Source: an uncultured virus (IMG/VR IMGVR_UViG_3300021519_000008) (lineage: Duplodnaviria; Heunggongvirae; Uroviricota; Caudoviricetes). From it: 64,000 nucleotides of DNA. Below, piece after piece: positions 37,718 to 48,700 of the stretch; the stretch's first letter is position 1, and every line of letters begins with the position of its first letter. The translations under genes and the position numbers were made by a program. Location: the IMG/VR virus record IMGVR_UViG_3300021519_000008, positions 1 to 64,000 of that record; one strand, written 5' to 3'. Under the pieces are notes generated by a model. It was not told the origin of the DNA, searched no databases, and saw only the letters and a program-made list of their open reading frames with translations.

Positions 37718-38434
37718 ATGATCTCAGTTGAGGAACTCATCTATGAGTTTAAACTAACCATAAACAAAGTCAATCGTCAGGATAACATTGATATCCCGAT
37801 TGAAGACATTATGGTTTATCTCAACAAAGCTCAAGTTAGTTGGGTTAAAACTAAACTTAATCCTAACAACGTTTATAGAGTAGGGTATGATTCTATCAGA
37901 AAACGGATTGACGACCTACAAATCTTAAAACAATCTAACGTTCTTTTACAACCAATTAAAACAAACGATCTCTTTCACATTGGCTATTACTGCCCTTTGA
38001 AAGATGCAGTAAACTATATGTTCTATATTTCGTCTTACGCTATAGCTAAAGAAAACAAATGTTCTGAGCCAATAACTATAGACTTAATTAGACACGGAGA
38101 ACTTACTACTAAGTATCTAGATGATAATTATAACCCTTCGTTTAAGTGGAGAACTACGATAGCCACACTGGGGAATGATAATTTAACAGTCTATACTGAT
38201 GGTAAGTTTACAGTTGACCAGGTCTACATTACATACTTACGTTATCCCCTTAGCATAGATGTCCAGGGTTATGTAAAGTTTGATGGAAGTAGTTCTGTTA
38301 ATCAAGACTGTGAACTCCCTGAATATGCTAAGTCAGACGTTGTCGACCTAGCTGTTAAGTTTGCTGCTCAATCAAATGACAATCAAGCACAAGCTGTGTT
38401 TGCTGAAGATCGTCTAACTAAAAACTCTGAATAA
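37718..38434 (+). CDS. Head-tail connector / tail ring protein
   Basis: YLNKAQ, RIDDLQIL, YLRYP, CELPE...VDLAV. Confidence 0.7.
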   Translation: MISVEELIYEFKLTINKVNRQDNIDIPIEDIMVYLNKAQVSWVKTKLNPNNVYRVGYDSIRKRIDDLQILKQSNVLLQPIKTNDLFHIGYYCPLKDAVNYMFYISSYAIAKENKCSEPITIDLIRHGELTTKYLDDNYNPSFKWRTTIATLGNDNLTVYTDGKFTVDQVYITYLRYPLSIDVQGYVKFDGSSSVNQDCELPEYAKSDVVDLAVKFAAQSNDNQAQAVFAEDRLTKNSE

Positions 38435-38445
38435 AACATAAAATT

Positions 38446-40008
38446 ATGAATCACAAAATCACACAAATTTTCGTGCCTACAGCAGTATCTACTTCTGCTA
38501 GCACTGATGCTTTGGCAACTCAACAGTTGGCCATTTATGACGGAAAATTGACTACTAACTTAGGTGCTACTCCTTCAGCTACTGAAGGTTACATCGTAAT
38601 TGGTTCTGGTCAATCTAAGTTTGGTTCTTTCAAATCTGGTTTGATCAAAAAATCAAACGTTTTGAAAATTACTAAAACTGTTCCTGATAACACTACTAAA
38701 CAACAAATCACTTACATTGGTTTTGATGAAGTTAACGATGGTAAATCTCCTTCTTTCTCTTGCGATGAAGAGTATGTTGTTACTTTGAAAATCAGCGAAT
38801 ACTGGAGCAAAGGTATTTTCCAACCTATGATCCAAGAATCAGTAAGTGTTAAAACTGCTTGCTGCGCTGACTGTGCAGGTGGATGTGACTCTTTGGGTTG
38901 CTCTACTTACATGTCTACTTTGGCTGACAAAATCAATGCTTCCCCACTGTTGAGCAAGTATGTAACTGCTAGCTACGTTTACAAAGGTACTTTGCCTACT
39001 TACAAGTATACTTTGACTCTTCCTGATCCAGGTACAAACGTAGGTGGTGTTTCTACTTTCACTTCTTCAGGTGCTAGTACTACTAACGGAACTTATACTG
39101 CTGTTGCTGCTACAGGTGGAACAGGAAGTTCTGCTACCTTTACTGTAGTTATTGCAGGTGGTGTTGTAACTTCTATTACTAACGTTGCTGCAGGTACTGG
39201 CTATACTATTGGAGATAGTTTGACTATCCCTTCTGCTAGTGTGGGTTCAGGTGGTGCTATCACTCTTGTATTAACTGCTACTACTGGTCCAGAAGGTACT
39301 TTGTTGAATGCTTTGAAAGCGTATTACCCAGCTGCAACTTATGGTGCAATTACTTTTACTGCTGATGTTGATGGTGATCCAGATGCAGATGCTTTGAATA
39401 ATAGTATGTTTGAAATTGCAACTCCTTTGATTTCTGATATTACTTTGATGCCTGTTTATAATAACATTGCATGGGAAAAAGTATTGGTATCTGCTGGTTC
39501 AGTAACTGCTTGTGGTGTTAAAATCATCGGTAATGCTTTGGATGAATTCGGAAACGCTTGTGTTCCTGATGCAGTTCCTTATGTATTTAACTTGGTACGT
39601 TTCAAAGTAAACATCCATGAAGGTCCTTACAACACTCAAGATTTCGATATCGAAAACTTCTGTGCTGCTATCCCTGTAACCACTACTCAAGAGATCAAGT
39701 ATCCTATTGGTGCTGGTAAGGCTATGGCTGAAATGGAGCGTCACTACTTCACTAACAACTTGCCTGCTGTTGCTGAAGCTCGCTACTATTGGAATCCTAT
39801 CTACAACGAGGACATTAAGTTCTACGTAGATAACACCAAATTGTACAATGCTTATGAGTTGACCTACGAAGAAGGTTCAATGGATGGCTTTGAAAAGAAG
39901 ACTACAAATGCTCACTCTGTATTGGTTTTGGTTGACTCTACTGCTAGCTCAGTTATCACTGCTGTAGAAAACTTGTTTACCAACTTCACTGGGTTGTCAT
40001 TCTCCTAA
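38446..40008 (+). CDS. Abundant virion structural protein (auxiliary capsid-like) with inserted domain
   Basis: High-expression codon bias; synteny; terminator at about 40016-40044. Confidence 0.65.
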   Translation: MNHKITQIFVPTAVSTSASTDALATQQLAIYDGKLTTNLGATPSATEGYIVIGSGQSKFGSFKSGLIKKSNVLKITKTVPDNTTKQQITYIGFDEVNDGKSPSFSCDEEYVVTLKISEYWSKGIFQPMIQESVSVKTACCADCAGGCDSLGCSTYMSTLADKINASPLLSKYVTASYVYKGTLPTYKYTLTLPDPGTNVGGVSTFTSSGASTTNGTYTAVAATGGTGSSATFTVVIAGGVVTSITNVAAGTGYTIGDSLTIPSASVGSGGAITLVLTATTGPEGTLLNALKAYYPAATYGAITFTADVDGDPDADALNNSMFEIATPLISDITLMPVYNNIAWEKVLVSAGSVTACGVKIIGNALDEFGNACVPDAVPYVFNLVRFKVNIHEGPYNTQDFDIENFCAAIPVTTTQEIKYPIGAGKAMAEMERHYFTNNLPAVAEARYYWNPIYNEDIKFYVDNTKLYNAYELTYEEGSMDGFEKKTTNAHSVLVLVDSTASSVITAVENLFTNFTGLSFS

Positions 40009-40067
40009 AATTAACGGGGGAGTTAATTGCTCCCCCTTTATTTTAACCTTAATTAAATAAAACAAAA

Positions 40068-40514
40068 ATGAAAGATATTATTCTAAAATCAGGTACATAC
40101 CTTAAGGAGACTAAGACATCACATACAAACTCTATCCCTGGAGAATCTTTGGAGAACTTTGTAATAAGTGTATTGGCTAATCCTACTTGCTGTGTAAAAA
40201 ACGTTTCTTTGACTAAAGGAACTGTTACTCAAGCTACTTCTCGTGCTACTGCTGTTACTTTGAATGCCCCTGCTGGAGTTATCACTACTGATACTACCAA
40301 CATTGCAATTGCAGGTAACGCTGTATTTACTGTAAACAACTCTTATGTAAAAGCAGATTCAGTTATTTTGTTGACTATCAACACTACTGGATTGGCTGCT
40401 TACTCTATCCACCTTGCGGTTGAGAGTGTTGCTGCAGGTTCTTTTGCTATCCGTATTTTTAATGCTACGGGAGCAACTTTATCAGCAATTAAAATTAATT
40501 ACGTAATCCTTTAA
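40068..40514 (+). CDS. Small virion fibre/decoration protein
   Basis: GTVTQATSRATAVTLNAPAGVIT...FTVNNS beta-rich domain. Confidence 0.55.
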   Translation: MKDIILKSGTYLKETKTSHTNSIPGESLENFVISVLANPTCCVKNVSLTKGTVTQATSRATAVTLNAPAGVITTDTTNIAIAGNAVFTVNNSYVKADSVILLTINTTGLAAYSIHLAVESVAAGSFAIRIFNATGATLSAIKINYVIL

Positions 40515-40520
40515 TTAAAT

Positions 40521-40545
40521 AGGGGAGGTAATACTCCCCTTTTTT
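40521..40545 (+). terminator. Intrinsic terminator
   Basis: AGGGGAG-GTAATA-CTCCCCT followed by a T run. Confidence 0.8.
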
Positions 40546-40550
40546 AAACC

Positions 40551-41057
40551 ATGAATGTACAACTAAACATAGAAGCATTAAAAGCGAAAGACTGCGCTTT
40601 CTTATCTATCTTGGATAACTCTTTATATCCAGTAGCTCCAACTAGTGCAGAAATTAATATCACTCTACCAGGGTTTTCAGATCCATATAATTTTGACTTT
40701 ATCTTAGGCGAAGTAAATACATTTACTTCTTATTCTTTTGGTCTTACAGTAGAGGGAACAGATAGCTTTACTCCACTTCCTGATGGTGTGTACAGATTAG
40801 AATTTGCTCCCTGCCCTAACGTAGGAGTAGCTAACAGGTACCATTTGCGTACTTGTAAAATTGATTGTCGTCTTGGAGTTCAGTGGGCTAAGTATGTAGA
40901 CTGCTGTGATGATGAGAAGATGTTATATTACTTAGACAAAATTGAGTTTTTGTTAAAGGGAGCTGAGGCACATGCTGATCTTTGCAACCCTGCAAAAGCT
41001 ACTGAATTATATATAAAAGCCGATGACCTACTCAGAAGAATTGAGCTTGACTGTTAA
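40551..41057 (+). CDS. Putative tail hub protein
   Basis: LPDGVY motif and helical C-terminus; synteny with crAss-like tail genes. Confidence 0.55.
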   Translation: MNVQLNIEALKAKDCAFLSILDNSLYPVAPTSAEINITLPGFSDPYNFDFILGEVNTFTSYSFGLTVEGTDSFTPLPDGVYRLEFAPCPNVGVANRYHLRTCKIDCRLGVQWAKYVDCCDDEKMLYYLDKIEFLLKGAEAHADLCNPAKATELYIKADDLLRRIELDC

Positions 41058-41211
41058 GAAGAAACTAGCTATGGCTGCCTACAAGGAACTACAGCATATC
41101 AAGTACTTAACAAAACCTTATTACAAAAAGTCTAGAGCATTAGCACGCTTTCTTAAGTATGCTGATTGTTTAGACTGCGATACACGTGCAACCCTAAAAA
41201 TTAAACTGTAA
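41023..41211 (+). CDS. Small hypothetical tail-module protein
   Basis: 62-aa ORF overlapping the previous gene. Confidence 0.5.
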   Translation: MTYSEELSLTVKKKLAMAAYKELQHIKYLTKPYYKKSRALARFLKYADCLDCDTRATLKIKL

Positions 41212-41226
41212 TTAAACTGTAAACAA

Positions 41227-41754
41227 ATGACTAAATGCTGCCCTACCAATAATTGTGTTGAGATCGTTCCTTCTGGATGCGTCAAATACACTGGTACTCC
41301 TACAGTAGGAGGACTTATAGATTCTTTTGATTCTTGTGACCCTTACCTAAATGACTTGCTTAAGTTGTTAGATGATAAGGTAGTTAACTTAGATGCTCGT
41401 GTAGGATTAAATAAAACTGCATTTGACAATGCTAATACTGCATGTGGACTTACTTCGGTAATCTCTACAACAGGTCTTACAGTTACAGATAATAAATATT
41501 ACTCTGCTGAGGTTGTACTTAAACTTGTAGGAGTTATCTGCGAATTGCGTTCTCGCATGAACTACTTGTCTTCTGGAAATATTAACTCCAATCTTGGAAA
41601 TGTTTATTGGGAAGACTTAGCATTAAGTCCTGATTTTATTCTTTATCTTAAAACTAAATGTTTAGGTGATGATCCTTGTGGTAGTGGATTACCTACTACA
41701 CTTGGAGGATTGCTTAGAACTATTATTAACAAACTTTGTACTTGCTGCCCCTAA
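41227..41754 (+). CDS. Cys-rich putative tail-fibre-base protein
   Basis: CVKYTG motif, short coiled segments ending in Cys. Confidence 0.55.
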   Translation: MTKCCPTNNCVEIVPSGCVKYTGTPTVGGLIDSFDSCDPYLNDLLKLLDDKVVNLDARVGLNKTAFDNANTACGLTSVISTTGLTVTDNKYYSAEVVLKLVGVICELRSRMNYLSSGNINSNLGNVYWEDLALSPDFILYLKTKCLGDDPCGSGLPTTLGGLLRTIINKLCTCCP

Positions 41755-41756
41755 CT

Positions 41757-43643
41757 ATGTCTACTTGTATTGATTGCTACGGAACTACTTCTATTGACCC
41801 TTGTGGAACTACAGGGTGTATCTCTACCAACTATGGTAAGTGTATAACCTATTCAGGTGCAGATCTTTTCTGTGCTACAGGTGCTGTTAAAACTTTTAGT
41901 GTAACTGGAGTAGCAGTAAACCCTACTGTACTTACTGACTACACCGTATCTCCAACAGGAGGAGCAGGAAGTTCTTTAAGTGTTAAGGTAACTCGTACTC
42001 CAGGTTCTACTACTTACACAGTGACTTTGGTTTCTGCAGGTTCAGGCTATGCTATTAATGACGTAGTAACTGTTGCAGGAGCTAGCTTAGGTGGAACTAC
42101 TCCAGCTAATAACTTATCTTTAGTTATTACCGCATTGGTTCCTTTGATTTCTTCAGTAAACACTATTGACGAAGTTATTGCTAATATTAACTCTAGACTG
42201 TGTACTTTAACTTCTGTAGGACTAAACTACTCAGGATTTAACTATGGATGTCTACGTGTAGGCGGTAACTTAAATAGTATAGGAACTTCTATTACAACTG
42301 CTCAACAGTTTGCTGAATCTACTTCTGCTGCTTTGTGTTCTTTGAATACTAGAACTCTTGCATTAGAAACTCCTACGTTTGTTGCTGCTTGTGTATCTGG
42401 GATTACTTCAGGTACTTCTACTCTAAGTCAAATCTTGACTGCTTATGGAACTAAAATATGCTCTATTAACACAAGTATAGATATGACAGGGGTTACAAAT
42501 AATCCTTGTATTGCTTATGCATTTACTACTAAGCCTTCTACTACCGTAGTATCAGATTATATTAACTGGGTCACAACCAACATGTGTGGTATGTTCCAGA
42601 CTTTAAATACAAGTATTGTTACTGTAACTACTGCAGCAGCTACCCTTAAGACTTATATCTCAGGAGGTAGTGCAGTTCCTGCATCTATTAACACTTCTTG
42701 TATCTCAGGAGGATCTGCTACAAGCACTTTGAGTGCAGCAGCTATCTTGTTTACTAGTCAGATCTGTGCAATCAACACTACTTTAGCTTCTATCCCTGCT
42801 TCTAGTTATGCTCTAACTTGGGCTACAAACTTTGGATCAACTCCTTACTATGGTTATACTTTTGGTTATACTAACAGTGCAGATACATTAGCTAATCAGT
42901 TAGGAAAGATTGTTTCTACTTTAGGTAGATTAAAACTTAAGTTAAACTCTAGTGACTTTGTTGCTACTAGTGATGCAGATGGATTAAATGTAGCTTTGGC
43001 TTCAGGAGTAAGATTTGCTTGTTCTCAATTGAGTACTTGTTCTATCTCTGCTTTATCTGATGTAACTACAAGTTCTCCTGCAACCTACCACACTTTGTTC
43101 TGGAATGGTTCTGAGTTTGTAAACAAAGAACTTATCTTTACTTCAACAGGAGGAACAGTAACAGTTACTCGTACTGATAACGTAGGTAATGTAACTATTA
43201 ATTTAGAGTCTTCTGGATCAAGTGGAACAGCTACAGCTGCTACTTTGGTTGCAGGAACTTTGACCAATGCAGTAGTTGCTGCTTCGTTAAGATTCCCAAG
43301 TGGATCTTTACCTAGAGTATCTAAGTTTGGTAAAACAATAACAATTGTAGGAAGTTTGGCTGTTAATGCTACAGGTTCTTTTGCTTGGGCACATGGTCAA
43401 TCTTTAATATTTGCAACAGTTCCTGCAGGATATCTTCCTTTATACCTTCCAGTATTTAACGTATTGATTCTTAAGTATACAACAACTTCAGGTACTAACT
43501 CGACTGTTGTGTATCAAGGTGTATGTTACATAAATGGTAGTGACTTAACGATAGAATTGAATAACCCAGCAAGTCCAATATCTTTGTCTGTTGGAGAATC
43601 TCTTGAGATATTTATCGGAGGAAATTCTTACGCAGCAATTTAA
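41757..43643 (+). CDS. Cys/Thr-rich tail fibre-like protein (start revised to 41757)
   Basis: CITYSG motif, repeated helix-ending-in-C units, C-terminal beta domain with VPAGYLP. Confidence 0.65.
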   Translation: MSTCIDCYGTTSIDPCGTTGCISTNYGKCITYSGADLFCATGAVKTFSVTGVAVNPTVLTDYTVSPTGGAGSSLSVKVTRTPGSTTYTVTLVSAGSGYAINDVVTVAGASLGGTTPANNLSLVITALVPLISSVNTIDEVIANINSRLCTLTSVGLNYSGFNYGCLRVGGNLNSIGTSITTAQQFAESTSAALCSLNTRTLALETPTFVAACVSGITSGTSTLSQILTAYGTKICSINTSIDMTGVTNNPCIAYAFTTKPSTTVVSDYINWVTTNMCGMFQTLNTSIVTVTTAAATLKTYISGGSAVPASINTSCISGGSATSTLSAAAILFTSQICAINTTLASIPASSYALTWATNFGSTPYYGYTFGYTNSADTLANQLGKIVSTLGRLKLKLNSSDFVATSDADGLNVALASGVRFACSQLSTCSISALSDVTTSSPATYHTLFWNGSEFVNKELIFTSTGGTVTVTRTDNVGNVTINLESSGSSGTATAATLVAGTLTNAVVAASLRFPSGSLPRVSKFGKTITIVGSLAVNATGSFAWAHGQSLIFATVPAGYLPLYLPVFNVLILKYTTTSGTNSTVVYQGVCYINGSDLTIELNNPASPISLSVGESLEIFIGGNSYAAI

Positions 43644-43735
43644 TAAAAATCTTGGCAGGATTTTTTGGTTGGTTTTCCTGTCATCTTGCTAGTAGGAGCC
43701 TGCGAAAGTGGGCTCTTCTAGTTTTAAAATAACCC

Positions 43736-43766
43736 TTGACTTAAACTTAAAATTAAATTATATTTG
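43736..43766 (+). promoter_or_regulatory. Bacteroidota sigma-A promoter after terminator hairpin 43689-43725
   Basis: TTG-N20-TATATTTG. Confidence 0.7.
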
Positions 43767-43802
43767 TAATGAACCTTAAATTAACCCAAACTATATCCTG
43801 AG

Positions 43803-44444
43803 ATGTACACAAATTCAGAATTAATCGGTAGAGTTAAGAGTGCTAACAAGTTTGTTAGTGACGATGACTTAATAACTGATCGTTATATTTATGGTTTATT
43901 AAAAACAAAAGCAGCTACTTTACTACGTAGAGAGATCAATTTGAGAAGGTTGCTTACTTCAGATAATGTTTATCAATCGTATGAGTGTGTACACTTGATT
44001 GAAGCTAAGGGATCAGAGTGTGATTTAAATTGTCCTATTCGTAGAACCAAATACAAACTACCAAACATAGATGAAGGTTTATATTCATATTTCATTCAGG
44101 GGGTATTCAATACTTCGAACTCAGAAGAACTTTTCCCCACGACTATTAGAGATTACATCAATCATACCCGCTTACGTTTTAAGACCCCTAAAAAGTACTA
44201 CACCATTCGTAATGGATATTTGTATGTTTTAGACCCTGACGTAGAGTGTGTTAATATGTACGCTTACTTCACCGAGTCTATAGAGGACTTAGATGGTACA
44301 GAATGCATGAGTATGTATGATAAACAATTTAAGTTCCCAGGTTATCTAACAGACACATTAATTGAAATGTGTACTCAGTCATTGATGAACTATCAAAGAA
44401 TCCCTCAAGACTTGGAAGATAACAACAGAGACGAACCCAACTAA
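43803..44444 (+). CDS. Tail ring protein
   Basis: YTIRNGYLYV, PQDLEDN; synteny. Confidence 0.6.
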   Translation: MYTNSELIGRVKSANKFVSDDDLITDRYIYGLLKTKAATLLRREINLRRLLTSDNVYQSYECVHLIEAKGSECDLNCPIRRTKYKLPNIDEGLYSYFIQGVFNTSNSEELFPTTIRDYINHTRLRFKTPKKYYTIRNGYLYVLDPDVECVNMYAYFTESIEDLDGTECMSMYDKQFKFPGYLTDTLIEMCTQSLMNYQRIPQDLEDNNRDEPN

Positions 44445-44446
44445 TT

Positions 44447-44938
44447 ATGTCGAAAGACTTCATAAGAAAAAACCAGCAACCCAAAGTAAGACAAAAAGAG
44501 AAAGACACAGCTTCAGATACGAACTATGTCTGTCTTGGTGCTTACGAAATGTTCTTAAGAGAAACCAAACGTAAAGATATCACCTACAGAGAATTCTGTG
44601 GCATCCCTAAAAAGATACACTTAAAGCTTATGGAGAGATTGTTACGTGGTAGATACGCAATTAGATTTCCAAACTTAGGTTCCATTAAAGTTGTAAAGAC
44701 AGAAAATGCAATTCCAAAAGCTAAACATACGATTATTAACTGGAAACTCTACCACGAAACTGGTGTCAAAGTGCCTTATAGAAACACACATACCAATGGT
44801 GCCGTCTATAAGTTTCACTTGTATCCTTACTATAAAAGGGTAGTACAGTTTGGCTTCTATGATTTAAGAGTGTCTAACAAACACAAAGCAGTACTAGCGC
44901 AAGCTATAAGAGAAAACAAAATAGACATACAGTCTTAA
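44447..44938 (+). CDS. IHF/HU-like protein of the crAss tail module
   Basis: IRFPNLGSIKVVK, INW, NTHTNG. Confidence 0.65.
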   Translation: MSKDFIRKNQQPKVRQKEKDTASDTNYVCLGAYEMFLRETKRKDITYREFCGIPKKIHLKLMERLLRGRYAIRFPNLGSIKVVKTENAIPKAKHTIINWKLYHETGVKVPYRNTHTNGAVYKFHLYPYYKRVVQFGFYDLRVSNKHKAVLAQAIRENKIDIQS

Positions 44939-44949
44939 AATATAAAAAC

Positions 44950-45786
44950 ATGAATTACGATAACACTAACTTTATTTCATCTGAGCCCTTAATTGCGGAA
45001 GTAAAGCAAGAGTTAAAGTCGTACTTTGAGGCAGGTGCAATAAGTGAAGTGATGATTCCTACTTACATAGATCAATCACTTCGTAAGCTTAGAGTAATGG
45101 TCTTAAAACCAGAAGAATTGGTTTTGTCTTTTCACGATTACAAGTCAGAACTTCCTTGCGACTTTGGGCTACTAGACTATGCTATATACTATGACTCCGA
45201 GATCTTCTGGTCTCAAGGAGTTAACTCTGTTAGAGGTAGTTGGTACAAGTCTATTCAATGTACTAATGGTTGTACAGATTGCGGACTTAAAGAAGAGATG
45301 TATGAAACAGTATCTGTTGCTACTCCTGGCTTTAAGATTACAATGAAGCAACCTACTTGGATTAAGGTTTACTATGGATCGAAAGCTCTCTGTGTAGAGG
45401 ACTGTCCTAACCTTAGTACTTCTTCAAATGATGTTATTCAAATTCATCCTAATAAAACTGTCACATCTACGTTTGAAACTGGTTGCATATACGTTAGATA
45501 TTTCTCACGTCCAATGGACGATGATAACCTACCTATGGTTCCAGAAATTCTTGAAGTTGAAGAGTATATCAAGTCTTATCTTAAGTTTAAGTTTTTTGAA
45601 CAACTTTGGCATTCAGTAGTAGACGAGAGTCAACGTCAGGTAGAAGCTAAGTTTCAGTACTACAGACAAGATCAACTAAACAAGTTGCAAGCAGCTAATG
45701 GTTACTTGTTAACTTATACCAAACAACAGATGGCAGATAACGTAGCTAAGATGCGTAATCGCTTTATCAAATACCATATTCAATAA
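44950..45786 (+). CDS. Tail tubular/ring protein
   Basis: ELPCDF, PMDDDNLPMVPE; directly upstream of the muzzle gene. Confidence 0.7.
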   Translation: MNYDNTNFISSEPLIAEVKQELKSYFEAGAISEVMIPTYIDQSLRKLRVMVLKPEELVLSFHDYKSELPCDFGLLDYAIYYDSEIFWSQGVNSVRGSWYKSIQCTNGCTDCGLKEEMYETVSVATPGFKITMKQPTWIKVYYGSKALCVEDCPNLSTSSNDVIQIHPNKTVTSTFETGCIYVRYFSRPMDDDNLPMVPEILEVEEYIKSYLKFKFFEQLWHSVVDESQRQVEAKFQYYRQDQLNKLQAANGYLLTYTKQQMADNVAKMRNRFIKYHIQ

Positions 45787-45791
45787 GATTA

Positions 45792-48700
45792 ATGGAGAAT
45801 AAAATCAATCAGAATACTGCTGGGTTAAATTTAGATTCAGTTAACTACCAGATAAAGGAGAACATGATTACGTTTGCCTTAAATGCAAATGTTCAGTCTC
45901 ATGATGGTAACTCAACTACCTATACTAACGAACCTTCTAGTCAGATTTGTTATGATTTTGTCAACTTGTATCCTGGATTTAAAATTACAGGAACATTAAG
46001 TATTACCGAACAATCTAAACTTATTGTCTTCTTAGCACACCCAGATGGACGTTCTTTGATTGGACAGGTTACTGACTTAGGAAAAGATTGTACTAGTCTG
46101 GTAGAAAGTGAAACAGATTGTGGTTGCATATCAGGTACTGTATTAGATAGTACAGTATTAAGTAGTTTAATTCCAATAGCTGGAACTGGAGAATGTCCTA
46201 CAGGATATACCTTTAATAGTAAATCAGGTTTTTGTGAGAAATTAATTACTACTCCTATACAGGAAACTGTCACAAAAAAATCTGTTATTTCTTCGTGCAG
46301 AGATGCTGAACATGGAACTACACTTACTAGAATATACAAAGATACTTGGATTACTCAAACTCCTCCTACATATCATACTGTAGTAGAATCTAACTTAACT
46401 CAATCTTTTTGGTTTCCAGGGGGTAATTTTTCTTATATTAAACAAATTGGTATTCAAGCAGATATTGATAATACTAATAATCCGTGTGGAACTCAGGAAA
46501 CTCTTGATTTTTTAGGATTTACTGAAACGATTTGTATTAGTGATACTAAACAATACTACTTAGGATTAGCTGCAGATGATTCTTTAAGGGTGTCTATTGA
46601 TGGGAATATAGTTTTTGATTTTGACGCTTTAGATCCTGCTAAAAGCTTTGCAACACTTACGGACTTATGGGCAAGATATAATCTATTTCCTGTTAATATA
46701 AGCAAAGGCAGTCATCTTTTAAAATTTGAATATAAAAATAAACCTACTGGTGATCCAGGAAATAGAGGGATGTTTGCCTATGAACTATATGACATCTCCT
46801 TAGCACAGTTGACAGATCCAAACTTAACTAGAGTTATTTTACAAAATAGTCGAGTTTTAAGTAATGGTAAACCTATTACTTCTGAAATAAAAGCTCCAGG
46901 TCGTATACTACAGATAAGTTATACTGGAACTGCTACTGGAACTTTTACAATCGTAAGTGCAGTACCAAGTAGTACTTCTGGAACAGGAACTGATGCAGAA
47001 TTTAAAATAGTTGTTAATGCGGGAGTTATTACTTCTCTAATACTTCAATACTCAGGTAAAGGTTACAAAACTGGAGATACTCTTATTATTTCTTCGGGAA
47101 GTGCTCTTAATGTAACCGTTACTGTAGTAGCTGCTTCAGGACAACAAGATTTTATTGAACTTTCCCAAGCATGTCCTGTAGGTTATACTTTATATGTAAA
47201 CGAAGATTGTGTAGCTTCTTGTCAGAAGATAGATCAAAAAAGTGCAATATTTCCAGCAACTTCTGTAAATTGTTGTACTTTTACTCCTTTAGTTGTAGAC
47301 AACTGTTGTGATTGTTCTGACTGTTACGAGTATTCTGTAGAAAGTATTTCTAAGTCTCCTTACATAGTAAATTATATAGACTGTTCTGGATTAGAGACTA
47401 ACATTACTTTTCCTGCAGGACAAGTGGGAGTATTTAGGGCTAGAAAAGATAAGTACACATTAACTTCAGACACAGGTATTGTTTCTGAACGTTTTATATC
47501 TCAGGGAATTTGTGTACCTAAGTCTAGTAAGTGTTGTTTAGGCTTAAGTCCTGACTATCCTGTGTACTCTGAGTATCGTATTGACAACTGTAATACCAAA
47601 GTATATTTTATTGCTAAGAACATTAGTCCTAGATTCTTCTCATTGGAAGAACCTTATGGCAAAGATCAGTGCGGAGTATTGGCTGATTGTCTTTCTGATT
47701 CTTGTGAGAGACTAAAATTGTTTCCTGACTTCTGTCAAGCAGACATATATCCTACCTCAATTAACTCAGGTGGATCATTAAAGGGAGGAGTTTATTCCTT
47801 CTCTATTGCTTATGCAGATGAGAATGGAAAAGAACTTACTGACTATGTAGATTTTTGTAATCCTATTCCAATTTTTGAGAGGTACATTACAGAACAAACT
47901 GAGTATGTAACTTCTAAATCTATTAGAGTTACTATAGAACACAGTACTGCTATCTTTGATTACTTTAACTTAGTAGTAGCTGAAAACATAAATGAAGTAA
48001 CTACATACCAACTAGTAGGTACTTACAGAGTTAATCAGACTACTAACAAAGATTCTTTAATCTATACAGGAGAATACACTTCTACGTTCTCTTCTATTGT
48101 TCCTCTTATTCGCAGTCCTCATTATACTAGTGCAGGAATTATTGATAAGCAAACTGACATGTTAATGCTAGGAGACTTAACAGAAACTCCTAAATATAAT
48201 TTTCAGTTACTTGCAAACAATATTAAGTTACGTTGGGAAACAGTGGAGATGCCTGCTGATAGTAAGTTTGATTACTCTAATCCAGAGATTGCATACTTCT
48301 TCCGTACATATCAAAGAGATGAAGTTTATCCATTTGGTATTAAGTTTAGATTAAAGAACGGAAAGTATACAGATGTATTCCATATTCCAGGAAGAGTTGC
48401 TTCTGGTTCTGATACAAATACTTTATCTAAGGGATCTAGTTTAGACGTATTTACTGTTCCCAATGATTGTATTGTAGAAAAAGATCTACCTACCTGGAAA
48501 GTATATAACACAGCTACTGCAGGTCTTACACCTCCTAGTAATGAACCTTCTATACAAGAAGCTCAGTACAGTTGTAAGATCACTGTCAAAGACTCAGGAG
48601 AGTTTGCTTACTGGGAGTCTACTGAGACTTATCCTTGTTACACAGAAGTATGGGGAGCACTAGCTGAACAACCTATAAGATTTCATAAGTTTCCTGAGAA

